DNA of 64,000 nucleotides from a virus: IMG/VR virus record IMGVR_UViG_3300023094_000009, positions 1 to 64,000 of that record; one strand, 5' to 3'. Shown piece by piece: positions 1 to 10,262 of this stretch (position 1 is its first letter; each line of letters starts with the position of its first letter). The notes under the pieces were generated by a model. It saw only the letters and a program-made list of their open reading frames with translations, ran no database searches and was not told where the DNA came from. The position numbers and the translations under genes were made by a program.

Positions 1-390
1 AAAAGCTTTACTTCAAATGGAGATAACAATAAAGATACCCTTATAGAATTCCAACATAGATTTCTTGAATTAAAGTCAGATTTAAGGTATTGGCATGTTA
101 AGATGGTAGGAGCCTCTGATAAGCGAGGGGATAAATCTTCAACTGCCGTGAAGTATCGCATAAGTTGTTCTATGGTGAGGGGGGAGTATGAATTCAAAGA
201 TGGTGAAAAGCCTATCTATGATAAGCCACCCGCTATAGGAAATGCAGAAAAATTTGCAGCAGGTACGAAGGAATATAAAGAATTCCTAGAACAAAGGACT
301 TTTTACAAAGAAAGTTTAACCAATGTATCAGATTTAAGAGAAGACATCCAAGGCTACATCAATCTTCTGAAAGATAAACTGAAATTTTAG
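1..390 (+). CDS. hypothetical protein, 5' partial
   Basis: Frame is open from base 1 to TAG at 388-390. Confidence 0.7.
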   Translation, partial: KSFTSNGDNNKDTLIEFQHRFLELKSDLRYWHVKMVGASDKRGDKSSTAVKYRISCSMVRGEYEFKDGEKPIYDKPPAIGNAEKFAAGTKEYKEFLEQRTFYKESLTNVSDLREDIQGYINLLKDKLKF

Positions 391-393
391 TAA

Positions 394-558
394 ATGGCAA
401 CAATCACATACAAAAACGGAAACACTCTTCAAATCGGCGAAGAAACGCTCCAAAAGATAGAAAGCAGAATCAAAGAAGGAATAGACATCTTAACTGTATT
501 CATTAACGAAGAGGATGTTATTTTGATTGACACTTCAAAAATTAGAGATATTGGCTAA
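394..558 (+). CDS. small hypothetical protein (MATITYKNGNTLQIGEE...)
   Basis: ATG 394 to TAA 558, translated by hand; fills the gap between neighbours. Confidence 0.6.
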   Translation: MATITYKNGNTLQIGEETLQKIESRIKEGIDILTVFINEEDVILIDTSKIRDIG

Positions 559-1006
559 GAAAGTAACAACTAAACCTAACTGGTTCTACCAAGGAAAGGA
601 AATTAAAACTCTTGCAGATACTCCTCTTGAAGCTTTAGGGTTTATCTATAAGATCTATAACCTTGATAATCAGATGTATTACGTCGGACGGCGTACTATA
701 AGGAGCAATAGAAGACGAAAACTTACGGTCGCGGAGAAGAAGATCAAAGGAAACGAAAAGAAAACCTTCATAACTGAAATGAAAGAATCAAGTGGGTGGA
801 AGACTTACGCAGGATCTAATGTTACTTTGAAAGCAGAAGTTACCAAGGGAGCAAGAATAAGAAAAGAGATTCTACACTACTGTTACTCTAAAGCTGAGAT
901 TACTTATAAAGAAACTGCTGAGATATTATGTAGTGGAGCTTTACTGGATATTAAATCTTATAACTCTTGGGTTAAGGCAACGATTTACAAAAAACATTTA
1001 ATGTAA
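527..1006 (+). CDS. GIY-YIG-family nuclease-like protein (start may be TTG ~551)
   Basis: FIYKIYN...YYVGRR motif pair, YAGS, and a later conserved Glu/Asn (ETAEI...YNSW). Confidence 0.65.
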   Translation: MTLQKLEILAKKVTTKPNWFYQGKEIKTLADTPLEALGFIYKIYNLDNQMYYVGRRTIRSNRRRKLTVAEKKIKGNEKKTFITEMKESSGWKTYAGSNVTLKAEVTKGARIRKEILHYCYSKAEITYKETAEILCSGALLDIKSYNSWVKATIYKKHLM

Positions 1007-1381
1007 GGTTTGGAGGGAAAATTTTCTTTTCAGTTCTTTTTCCGACAAAATTTAAAAACAATGACACAACAAATTCTAAACATTGACCCTAAAATGAGAG
1101 TTGTAATTGATTCGATAGAGGGAGTAATTACACACAGATTTTATAATCAGACTTCATTAAGAGGAGTTATAAAGGTATCTGATGGCGTTATAATATCTCA
1201 AATCCATTTAGGAAAATGATATTCTTTAAATTACTTCTTTTTCCTATATACTTTCTTCTTATGCTACCTGTTGAATATCCTTTGTGGAAAGCTTATAAAG
1301 AAGTTGGTAAATGCAATGACAGCTTAGTTAAATTTATTTGGAATGGGTGTTGATTTATTTTTCAGTTTTTATTCGCCGAAA

Positions 1382-1426
1382 ATAACTTATAATTAACATT
1401 TATATCAATACTTATCACTATCTTTG
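1382..1426 (+). promoter_or_regulatory. promoter: tandem WTAACW box + Bacteroidota -7 element
   Basis: ATAACT(1382)-N5-TTAACA(1393)-N20-TATCTTTG(1419); ATG at 1432. Confidence 0.75.
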
Positions 1427-1431
1427 TGGTC

Positions 1432-1578
1432 ATGAGAGTAGAAGTAGAAAAACTAGAAGACTTGATCCAAAATTGGAGAAACCTTATAGGAGGCTTATCT
1501 AAAGACAATATTCAAGTGCAAGCTGTTGAAGTTTGTATTTCAGATTTAGAAATGATTATAAATATTTTTGGAAAATGA
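1432..1578 (+). CDS. small hypothetical protein, probably leaderless
   Basis: MRVEVEKLEDLIQNWRN...; ATG 5 nt after the -7 element. Confidence 0.6.
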   Translation: MRVEVEKLEDLIQNWRNLIGGLSKDNIQVQAVEVCISDLEMIINIFGK

Positions 1579-1880
1579 AAGTAAGAAAATTAGTATTTGA
1601 AAAAGAGTTTTTAGTTGACAGTCTTGAAGATTTTAAAGGCTTAAAAGATGATGTAAATAAATATACAGACCCATTCTTTAATCTTGTATTTGAAATATAT
1701 CCAAAAGATGAACTAGAGAGGGCTGAAATTATTAGAGCATTGACTGTGTATACTCGCGAAAGGATTATGGAAATCCCAGAATTATTAATAGGTGGTAGTG
1801 AAAAAATAACACTATTAAACCATGCTGAAACAGTTACAGATTGTATGATAACAGGAGTAGGTCGAGTGATAGTTAGATAA
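1533..1880 (+). CDS. hypothetical protein (likely start ATG 1575)
   Basis: ORF track; ATGA overlap with the upstream stop. Confidence 0.6.
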   Translation: MYFRFRNDYKYFWKMKVRKLVFEKEFLVDSLEDFKGLKDDVNKYTDPFFNLVFEIYPKDELERAEIIRALTVYTRERIMEIPELLIGGSEKITLLNHAETVTDCMITGVGRVIVR

Positions 1881-2404
1881 AATTGAATATTTATGACAAA
1901 AGAAGAAATTATTTACGTAGCTACAAAAGCTTTTGAGAAAGGATGGGATTTTGAAACTATGAAGTATAGTGACGATATGTATGTTGGAAGTGAATATTCT
2001 GACAGGGTTTGGGAATTTGTAGAAGAGATGCAAGACATTGGAAGAACAGCTTTCTATGAAAAATATTTAGGGTGTAAATTTTATTAACGCTAGAAAAATA
2101 TGAAATATTCTAAAAAACTAGATAAGAAAATACGAATGAAAATGTATGGAGGATATTGGTCTTTAATGAGATGTTATCTTAAATCTCAGAAAAAATATAA
2201 ACCCATTTCATTTGAAACTTTTTGTAACTTAGGACGTTAATTATGAAAGCATTTTTTGATAGAAATTGGAATTTACTTTTTAATAGGAGTTTGTGTTTTC
2301 AGTTTTGTTTGCGCGAAAAAGTAGAACACAACTACATCATCACAGACGGTAGAGATAGATTCAGAAGCCTAGGTAAAGGCTGGTTTAAAATAATTATCGA
2401 GTAA

Positions 2405-2677
2405 ATGAAAAACAAAAAACTAATACCAGTTAATGGTTATATACTCACAACTGAAATAGAAGTTCCCAAATCAGTGTTTGGGGGAACAACAGACTATCTG
2501 GAAAAGATTCCTCTAGCTAAAGTGATAGCTAAAAGTGAAGGTGTAGATTTTCTTGAAGAAGGTGATGAGATTTTGTTTCAAAAGTTTCTGGAGATTCCTG
2601 ACATCTGGATTGATAATGTCAATTACACTATTGTAGGAAAGAATTCAGTTTTAGGGATTGTGGTAGATAAGGATTGA
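2405..2677 (+). CDS. groES: co-chaperonin GroES-like
   Basis: LIPVNGYIL (cf. PLxDRV), mobile-loop GG, AKVIA, EGDEILF, C-terminal SVLGIV; near groEL. Confidence 0.8.
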   Translation: MKNKKLIPVNGYILTTEIEVPKSVFGGTTDYLEKIPLAKVIAKSEGVDFLEEGDEILFQKFLEIPDIWIDNVNYTIVGKNSVLGIVVDKD

Positions 2678-2753
2678 ATGGAAAATTTAAATTCTCTTGT
2701 TTTCAGTTTCTTTTGCCGAAATCTATAATATTCATACAACATAAAGATATAAA

Positions 2754-2978
2754 ATGTTTACAGGAAATAAAGAAGTCTTCGAAAGAATATCAGAGTACTT
2801 ACGAAGTCAATTTTTCAATGTTGAAAACGGAATTCATCTTGGCAATGATGTCTATGAATTTACAGAGAAATGGGGAGAGGGACTTGGTTGTCATGATCAA
2901 CATTGCTTAAAGGCGTGGATTGAAAATGACAAAGTAGTGTATAAGTCCAAAGTTGTAGGAAGTTATTGTGTAGATTAG
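2754..2978 (+). CDS. hypothetical protein
   Basis: ORF track; lies between groES and groEL. Confidence 0.6.
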   Translation: MFTGNKEVFERISEYLRSQFFNVENGIHLGNDVYEFTEKWGEGLGCHDQHCLKAWIENDKVVYKSKVVGSYCVD

Positions 2979-3003
2979 AAAAATTAAGTAAATCAGAAAA
3001 TAG

Positions 3004-4821
3004 ATGTATAGCGGATTAATTTACGGAAAAGAAGCAAGAGAAAAATTAGCAAGGGGCGTGAAAAAGCTTGTAGATGCGGTTAAAGTCACGCTAGGAGGAA
3101 ACGGAAAGAACGTTATTATTTTTGACAATCTAGCAACTCCTCACATTACGAAAGACGGTTTGACAGTATCTAAAAGTGTCAACCTTATGGATACCATTGA
3201 ACAAGGTGGTGTAGAAATCGTTAGACAAGCTGCAAAAGAAGCTGCTGATAAAACTGCCGATGGTACATCAACTGCAACAGTGATTGCTGGAGCCTTGATA
3301 AGTAAGGGGATACAGTGCTTTGACGAAGTGAATATCCAAGACTTCAAGGTTGGGATGCAAAAAGCGCAAAATGACATCAAAAAACAACTGAGAGTAGACG
3401 CACAAGACATCTCAGAAAATGTAGAGAAAGTAAAAAGTATTGCAACTATCTCAGCCAATGGAGACAAAGAAATTGGAAGCCTAGTAGGAGAAGTGGTATT
3501 CAACTCTGGAAGTGGTGTTGACATTGTAGTTGAACGAGACACAGAAATGATGTCAGGATTAAGGTTTGAGCTAAAAAAAGGCTACACCTACAAGAAAGGT
3601 GTACATCCGTTCTTTGAAACAACTCCCGGATCTTCCACAGCATCTTATGGAGATGTGTCAATTCTTATTCTTGATTGCCACTTAGGAAATCTAGGACAGA
3701 TTGAAGATGTTTTAGTTGAATTCTCTTCCAGTAAGGAGCCTCTGATAATTATGTCCAAAACTGTTGATCCATTGTGTGTTCAGAGATTGGCTGTACTATC
3801 CAAGCAAGGAGATTTGAAATCAGTTTATGTTGAACTTCCAGATTTTGGTGACATGCAGGATGCTGCGGTTGGAGATTTATGTGCTTGTACAGGAGCAACA
3901 GCAATCAGAACACTTGACGGAATGACCGTTAAAAAAGAACATACGGGAAAAGCATTTAAGTTTGAAGGTAACGGAACAAGTTCAACGATTGTCTTTGTTG
4001 ATGATGAAAAAGTTAAAGAACAGATTGAACTCCGCACAAAAAGTTTAAAAGAAAGCTTTACAACACTGAGAGAAGATGAAGCTGTAAGAGCAAAGGAACG
4101 TTACAAACGCCTTTCTGATGGTGTAGGAGTGATTAAAATTGGTGCAACAACAGATACGGAGTATTTCGAAATTAAAGACCGTGTAGACGATGCAATTGGC
4201 TCTTCTAAGTCAGCTTTGGAAGAAGGTGTAGTTTCTGGTGGTGGTGTAGCTTTGATTGAAGCTTGCGACAAGATGGAAAGAACCAAGATAATCAATGACA
4301 GCGAGGAAATAGGATATGATGTTGTTGTGGAAGCATGTTACGAGCCATTCATCCAGATTCTAGGCAATTGTTCAGAGTTTGAGTGGGAAGCAAGACTTGA
4401 CACGATCAGAAGTAGCAAGTATATTCTTGGTTTCGACGCAAAAAACAAAAAAATAGACAATCTTAAAGAAAAAGGAATAATTGATGCAGTTAAGGTTACT
4501 TCTACCTCTTTAGATGCTGCGATTTCAGCTACGGTAGGTATTCTAACAACTGATTGTATCATATATCCTCAACATTTGACAGACGAAAAGAAAGAGAGCA
4601 TTCCTGCAAATTTTTGGGACTTAATGAGATCTGAAATTAAAGTGAATGACCCAACTAAAATTAGCCTAATTTACAAAACTTCTGACGGAGCAGAATTCAG
4701 GTGTGAAACTAAAGCAAAAATTCATGAAGACAATTTGATAGCTGAAAGGTGGTATAAATTGAACTTGGAAGCTAGAAGTTGGTTTGCAAAAATATTAGGA
4801 ATTAAGCCTAGAAGAATATGA
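3004..4821 (+). CDS. groEL: chaperonin GroEL with ~80-aa C-terminal extension
   Basis: AVKVTLGGNGKNV, ITKDGLTV, ADGTSTATV, ATISANGD, KDRVDDA, GVVSGGGVAL, GIIDAVKV. Confidence 0.97.
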   Translation: MYSGLIYGKEAREKLARGVKKLVDAVKVTLGGNGKNVIIFDNLATPHITKDGLTVSKSVNLMDTIEQGGVEIVRQAAKEAADKTADGTSTATVIAGALISKGIQCFDEVNIQDFKVGMQKAQNDIKKQLRVDAQDISENVEKVKSIATISANGDKEIGSLVGEVVFNSGSGVDIVVERDTEMMSGLRFELKKGYTYKKGVHPFFETTPGSSTASYGDVSILILDCHLGNLGQIEDVLVEFSSSKEPLIIMSKTVDPLCVQRLAVLSKQGDLKSVYVELPDFGDMQDAAVGDLCACTGATAIRTLDGMTVKKEHTGKAFKFEGNGTSSTIVFVDDEKVKEQIELRTKSLKESFTTLREDEAVRAKERYKRLSDGVGVIKIGATTDTEYFEIKDRVDDAIGSSKSALEEGVVSGGGVALIEACDKMERTKIINDSEEIGYDVVVEACYEPFIQILGNCSEFEWEARLDTIRSSKYILGFDAKNKKIDNLKEKGIIDAVKVTSTSLDAAISATVGILTTDCIIYPQHLTDEKKESIPANFWDLMRSEIKVNDPTKISLIYKTSDGAEFRCETKAKIHEDNLIAERWYKLNLEARSWFAKILGIKPRRI

Positions 4822-5069
4822 GTATGTGGGAAGCAATTGGATTCATGTTCTTAGGAGTAATTATATTTCAGATGATTAAATGGTGGTTTAACAATTAAAA
4901 TTAGGAATAATGAGTGAGTACAGTAGAATAGATCTATTAAGGTTTCACAATTTCGCGAAAGAGAATAGTGAATTAAAACCCATTGAACTATTGAAAAAAT
5001 ACGATTTGGAAGTTCCAAGACTAACAGATGAAGAGAAAAGTATAAATCTTCTAAAAGCCATAGGTTTAT

Positions 5070-5507
5070 ATGAAGAATGTTAAACTCTATTCAGCGTTCT
5101 GTGGTACAGGGAAAAGTTATTTATGCAAGAACTATCCTGATAAATTTAAGGAATTAGAGGATTGGCTTTACAGAGGAGAGAATTTTCCTAAAAACTATGT
5201 AGAAGATGTTGTTTCTTCTGTGGGTACAGAAGATATTCTGTTTATTTCTACCGATCCTGTAATCTTAAGAGCATTGCACGAAATAGGAATTGATATAGAA
5301 TTGGTTTATCCTGAAAACAGCTTGAGAAACGAATATCTTGATAGATATATTGAAAGAGATAGTCCTTATGATTTTATAGGAACCATTATGAAAAATTGGA
5401 ATATTTGGATTGATGAGTTAAAGGAACAGGATTACTGTACTCATACAGTTCTTAGAAGTGGAGAGTATGTTGGCAACCTGTTTTCAAATTCCAGCAAAAG
5501 AAACTGA
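5070..5507 (+). CDS. P-loop NTPase/kinase-like protein
   Basis: N-terminal Walker-A-like SAFCGTGKS. Confidence 0.6.
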   Translation: MKNVKLYSAFCGTGKSYLCKNYPDKFKELEDWLYRGENFPKNYVEDVVSSVGTEDILFISTDPVILRALHEIGIDIELVYPENSLRNEYLDRYIERDSPYDFIGTIMKNWNIWIDELKEQDYCTHTVLRSGEYVGNLFSNSSKRN

Positions 5508-5526
5508 AAAGAAAATTTTCCCTAAA

Positions 5527-5573
5527 ATAACAATAAATTAACACCAAACTATCAAAGATTATCAGTATCTTTG
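5527..5573 (+). promoter_or_regulatory. promoter with tandem box upstream of SSB
   Basis: ATAACA(5527)-N5-TTAACA(5538)-N22-TATCTTTG(5566). Confidence 0.75.
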
Positions 5574-5598
5574 TAGCAACTAAAAAGTATAAAAGAAA

Positions 5599-6309
5599 AT
5601 GAATTATTTCAATTACAAAATTTCAGGAACAAAAGGAAAATTGTACCTATCATCTAAAGATCCCAAAGAGGGGTATGAAAAAGTAGAGTATGGTACAGAG
5701 ACTCCTAAGAAGATTACCTATCACGCTTATTCTAGCAATACGAAAGGTACTTTTGAAGGATTTCAAATGAAGCAAGTAGAAGCTGGAGGGGTTAATCTAA
5801 CATTTCTAGAAGTAACTCTACAAGATGGAGATGATCAAAACAAAATTTCAGTTTCTTTAAAAGATAAAAGAAGTAATGTATCTGATGAAGCAAAAGCACT
5901 CATCTCTGCATTTTACAACGCTGAAAGAGGGCATGAGTACACAGTTACCCCAAATGTAAAAGTCAATAACTATAATGGAAAAGAGTACAAAAACCTAAGT
6001 GTTTATGTAAACTCAACCAGTGTTATGAATGACAACGGGAAAGGATTATCCACAGGATTTATCCAATCTTCAGAAATCCCAAAAGCTAAGAAAGAGGATG
6101 ACGGACTTGGAGGATTTACCTATGACAACAAGGAGGTAAACATTTTCTGGGGTGGCAAATTAAAAGAGATTTCATCACGTTTTGAAGGACAAGCTCCAGC
6201 TACACCTCCCCCTGCAACACCAAAAGAAGAATCGAAAAGTGCTATGAAACCAAGTAAGGATTTCGAAGCACCTGTTAATGTAGATGTAGACGATGATTTA
6301 CCCTTTTGA
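5599..6309 (+). CDS. probable single-stranded DNA-binding protein
   Basis: Beta-rich body, Pro/Ala linker, acidic C-terminal tail DVDDDLPF. Confidence 0.65.
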   Translation: MNYFNYKISGTKGKLYLSSKDPKEGYEKVEYGTETPKKITYHAYSSNTKGTFEGFQMKQVEAGGVNLTFLEVTLQDGDDQNKISVSLKDKRSNVSDEAKALISAFYNAERGHEYTVTPNVKVNNYNGKEYKNLSVYVNSTSVMNDNGKGLSTGFIQSSEIPKAKKEDDGLGGFTYDNKEVNIFWGGKLKEISSRFEGQAPATPPPATPKEESKSAMKPSKDFEAPVNVDVDDDLPF

Positions 6310-6333
6310 TAACTACCTTAAAATCAACAACTT

Positions 6334-6636
6334 ATGAAAGCAATTTATAAATTTCATGCCGATTGTGGCAGGATGGGAGATTTAGAAGGTGTATTTGTTA
6401 GCAGCAAAGAAGACATCAAAAGTGTAATTGGTCAAACAATCTACTTTGGAGAAGTTCTGGGAAAACATTCAGAAGTATATTTTCCTATGGAAGAATCTCA
6501 CTTCACAGAAGTCACCACAGACGAAAATTTCATTAAACTATTTGAAGACTACGATCTTTCAACAGGAATTAATCCTTTTGATTATGATGAAGACTTTGAT
6601 GACGGGGAGGACGAAGATGAATTGGACGAAGACTAA
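6334..6636 (+). CDS. hypothetical phage protein with acidic tail
   Basis: ORF track; DCGRMGDLEGVF...YFGEVLGKHSE. Confidence 0.7.
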   Translation: MKAIYKFHADCGRMGDLEGVFVSSKEDIKSVIGQTIYFGEVLGKHSEVYFPMEESHFTEVTTDENFIKLFEDYDLSTGINPFDYDEDFDDGEDEDELDED

Positions 6637-7266
6637 CGACAAACGAACAGCAAACGCTCTAACTTTAAAAGGTTATTGTAAGGAAATGCTTAAACAAAAC
6701 TCAGATGTACTATCATATTGCTCTCCTGTAACAAATGCAGGGGGGCAAGTTTTGAAAGTGAAAGTGATAATTCGCGCGAAAAAAGGAGTGAAAGGAGAAC
6801 TGACATACCAAGCTGTTGGAGATATCCTGGAAGAAATAAGCAATTTAGAACTGATTAACTATAAAATTCAAGATTTATGCAGGGATTTGAGGCAACCTAC
6901 AGAGAGCTAGTGGACAAAGGAACTCTGATGAAGCCTTTCACAGGCGATTGGAAATCAGATAAGGATATGTTCATCAAGATGCAACTTCAAAATGAAAGTT
7001 TAGACTTTTCAGAAGAGGATGACGATGATTGGAGTGAAGACGATTATTTAGGAGATTCCTATGACAGTTACTAATGGATTTGTTTTCATTGGTTTGGAGA
7101 CTTTTGAGCAGAAGAATGGATGTGACTTCGGTGTTGTTCATTTCGGCGACCAAGAGATAAAACCACACTGTGAAATATACTTTAGAAAAGGAAGTGGAGT
7201 TTTGACTCAAACTTTTGGCGGAAATAAACTAAGAGTAGACAAATTGAATATTTATTTGAAAACAGA

Positions 7267-7590
7267 GTGAATATGTTTGAAGCGGGCGAGGAAGTAATTT
7301 GTATTGACGCAGGAATTAAGCCAGAAATGCTTTTTGCAGTGATTGAGATGTATCCAAATTGGGTGAAGCAAGATGCTGTATATACAATCAGGCAGTTCAA
7401 CGATAATGATGGTATTGTTACAGGCGTTTTGTTGGAGGAAATTAGGAATCCTGAAATATTTATCAAGTTAGTGAATAGAACTCAGGAGCCAATGTTTTCT
7501 CTTTCACGTTTTGCCAAAAAAGCACCAATACAATCAGAGTCAATTAGCTACACAGAAAAAATAACAGAAGAATTTTATGCCGTAAACTAG
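7267..7590 (+). CDS. hypothetical protein
   Basis: ORF track; GEEVICID N-terminus. Confidence 0.65.
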   Translation: MNMFEAGEEVICIDAGIKPEMLFAVIEMYPNWVKQDAVYTIRQFNDNDGIVTGVLLEEIRNPEIFIKLVNRTQEPMFSLSRFAKKAPIQSESISYTEKITEEFYAVN

Positions 7591-7629
7591 CTTTCGGCGC
7601 AAAACAAACTGAAACAAAGAAAATAATCT

Positions 7630-8898
7630 ATGCAAGAATTTAACCTAGCCTCTGCGCTGGAAATCTATGAACAAGAAAGTAACATAGCTGGGGCAGCCAA
7701 GAAACACTGCCTCGAAATTGGAATTCCGTATGAGGAAAAGTACAGAAACAGGATGAGAAGAGCAATTGAGTCCTCCAAAAACCGAGATGTTGAAAATGTT
7801 TCTGCAAGTTTGACACAGGGGTATGAATCATCCACAAAAGGTTTTTCTGCAATTGGTGAAGATGGTAAGATGATGAGCATTGAGCAGTATTGTTCTTTTT
7901 ATGGGTTGGATATGACCAAAGTTAAGAGTTATAAGCTGATCACTCACACTTCTGTTCCTTATTGGAATGTTGTTTTTTATGAGACTTCCCTTGAATCAGT
8001 TTTTAATTTTCAAGACCATTTGGATGAAGTTATCCAGAAATATGTATCTCCAGTCGAGTTAACTTCTTACGACTATCCAGATTACTCAAACTCTTTTGTA
8101 GATAGACTGGTTTATACTGACGTACACATAGGAATGTCAGTTGATGGTAATGGTGATCCTTTGTATGGCGGGGTGTGGAATAGAGAGGAGTTGCTGTCAA
8201 GATTAGATGCTTTAGTAGAGCATACTATAACTTTCCAAGCCTCAGAAACTTTAAGGATTGATTGTCTAGGAGATTACTTGGATGGACTTAAGGGCGAGAC
8301 AACACGAAAGGGGCACAAACTTCCCCAAAATATGAATGACAAAGAAGTTTTTGATCTTGGAGTTCAGTTTAAGGTTGAATTAGTGGATAGATTAGTTGGA
8401 AATTATAGAGAAATTATATGTACAAATCTTTGTGAGGATAACCATGCCGGAATTTTCTCATATTTTGTAAACCAAGCTGTGAAAGGTATTCTTGAACAAA
8501 AATATCCAAATAGAGTGAAAGTAGTAAACCAGAAAAAGTTTATTGACCACTACACAATTGGAAAGCATACTCTGATCTTGTGTCACGGAAAAGATAGTGA
8601 ATCCTTGAAGTTTGGATTTAAACCTCACTTAGATGACAAGCAGGAAAAGAAGATCGATCACTATTGTAAAGAGAATCAATTGTACAATGGAAACTACATT
8701 GAATTTTCGAAAGGAGACTCACATCTAGCACTTTACGATGAAAGTACAAGTAAAGATTTTCATTATTACAATTATCCTGCATTTTCTCCTCCCTCAAATT
8801 GGGTAAAGACTTGCTTTGGCAATACTCAACAAGGGTTTAAGTTTTTTAATATTCACAAAGAGAAAAATTTAAAAATATCTATTCCTTATTGGTTTTAA
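7630..8898 (+). CDS. calcineurin-like metallophosphoesterase
   Basis: TDVHIG, GDYLDG, DNH, HG, GDSH motifs in order. Confidence 0.8.
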   Translation: MQEFNLASALEIYEQESNIAGAAKKHCLEIGIPYEEKYRNRMRRAIESSKNRDVENVSASLTQGYESSTKGFSAIGEDGKMMSIEQYCSFYGLDMTKVKSYKLITHTSVPYWNVVFYETSLESVFNFQDHLDEVIQKYVSPVELTSYDYPDYSNSFVDRLVYTDVHIGMSVDGNGDPLYGGVWNREELLSRLDALVEHTITFQASETLRIDCLGDYLDGLKGETTRKGHKLPQNMNDKEVFDLGVQFKVELVDRLVGNYREIICTNLCEDNHAGIFSYFVNQAVKGILEQKYPNRVKVVNQKKFIDHYTIGKHTLILCHGKDSESLKFGFKPHLDDKQEKKIDHYCKENQLYNGNYIEFSKGDSHLALYDESTSKDFHYYNYPAFSPPSNWVKTCFGNTQQGFKFFNIHKEKNLKISIPYWF

Positions 8899-8901
8899 TT
8901 T

Positions 8902-9528
8902 ATGACGACTCAAGAGCTTAGATCCATGACTATCAACTACACAGAACAAGAGTTGGTTGAAGAACGGTGGAAAGATATAAAAAATTTTGAAGATTACTAT
9001 GAGGTTAGTTCATTAGGAAGATTCAGGAGCAAAAAACGGACAATAATAAGAAGTAACGGTGTTTCAGAGACGAAATCTGGTAGGATTTTAAAAAATAACT
9101 ATTATTCCAACGGCTATGTCCAACTTATTCTGTACGTAGAGAAAGTTAGGTATAATTTTTTAGGACATAGGGTTGTTGCAGAGCACTTTATACCTGCAAT
9201 TTCAGATAAGCTTATAGTAAACCACAAAAATTGTTTAAAGTGGGATAATAGAGTAAGTAATCTAGAGTGGTGCAATCATTCCGAAAATTATATTCATGCT
9301 GTGGATGCAGGATTAGTTGATAAAACTAAGATAAGTGGTGAGAATAGTTTAAGCTCTAAAATATCAGAGGAAGAAGCAATATACATCAAGGCTAATTATA
9401 GGCATTTTGGAAGAAATAAGGATTTATACCTTAAGTTTGAAAACAAGATAGGTAAAAAGCAGATTTCAGAGATAGCAAAAGGAAATTATTGGAAGCATCT
9501 AAACCACTTTATACCAGAAAAACTATGA
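8902..9528 (+). CDS. NUMOD4-HNH homing endonuclease
   Basis: ERWKDI...YEVSSLGRFRS (NUMOD4); HRVVAEHF, VNHKN...DNRVSNLEW...EN..H. Confidence 0.9.
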   Translation: MTTQELRSMTINYTEQELVEERWKDIKNFEDYYEVSSLGRFRSKKRTIIRSNGVSETKSGRILKNNYYSNGYVQLILYVEKVRYNFLGHRVVAEHFIPAISDKLIVNHKNCLKWDNRVSNLEWCNHSENYIHAVDAGLVDKTKISGENSLSSKISEEEAIYIKANYRHFGRNKDLYLKFENKIGKKQISEIAKGNYWKHLNHFIPEKL

Positions 9529-9977
9529 AATCATTCTACGTAGTAATTAACAAAGGAAATTCAATGCGTGAACTCCACTCCGAAGCAACATCATTCATTG
9601 GACGTGTGGGAGCTGTAATATCTAACAAAGAACTTACTAATTCTCCTTCTGTTTCTATTGGAGATGTATTGTATTGTCCATTGACGGGATTTAATTGGGA
9701 AGTGGTAGTGATTAAATGATTGTTTTTCAGTCTTTTTGCCCGGAAATAAAAATTAAATAAACAGAAAATTATGAAAAATATCAATTTCGCAACAAAAGTT
9801 AGAGCAAAAGAAACGCCTAAAGTATCAACTGAGAATAACAGCTATGCTCAGAAGAGGAGAGAAATTATGGAGGAAATCAATCATCCAGTCACAAAAGTCA
9901 ATCTAGACAAAAGCGTCTATAAAAAGACTGAAATAGAAAAGGCTCAACTAAAAGAAGCAAAACAATTAAACAAAACT

Positions 9978-10023
9978 TTAACATCTCTATAACATCTGCA
10001 TTCAAAAATAGGTGTTACCTTTA
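9978..10023 (+). promoter_or_regulatory. promoter with tandem box
   Basis: TTAACA(9978)-N5-ATAACA(9989)-N21-TACCTTTA(10016). Confidence 0.65.
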
Positions 10024-10027
10024 CAGC

Positions 10028-10160
10028 ATAAATAAATGAACTAAGATAGGTAAGTGTTGGACAACAGGTAAAATGTTTCGTAGTAGTTAGGTAAGGCATT
10101 TTGTAAAATAAATGTGTTTTTGAAAAGGAGGTTAGGACTTAGGTTCTTTCCTCCTTTTTT
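10028..10160 (+). ncRNA. candidate small RNA
   Basis: ORF-less interval between the promoter above and an intrinsic terminator; three AGGTAA repeats. Confidence 0.45.
10123..10160 (+). terminator. intrinsic terminator
   Basis: AAAAGGAGG...CCTCCTTTT stem followed by a T-run. Confidence 0.75.
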
Positions 10161-10216
10161 GTTTGGTAAAATTGTAAATTTTCCTTTGTTTCAGTCTTTT
10201 TCGCGCAAAAGTTAAA

Positions 10217-10262
10217 ATAACAAAGCATTAACAACCTGATAGAAATAAAACCTTTACCTTTG
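10217..10262 (+). promoter_or_regulatory. promoter with tandem box
   Basis: ATAACA(10217)-N5-TTAACA(10228)-N21-TACCTTTG(10255). Confidence 0.75.
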
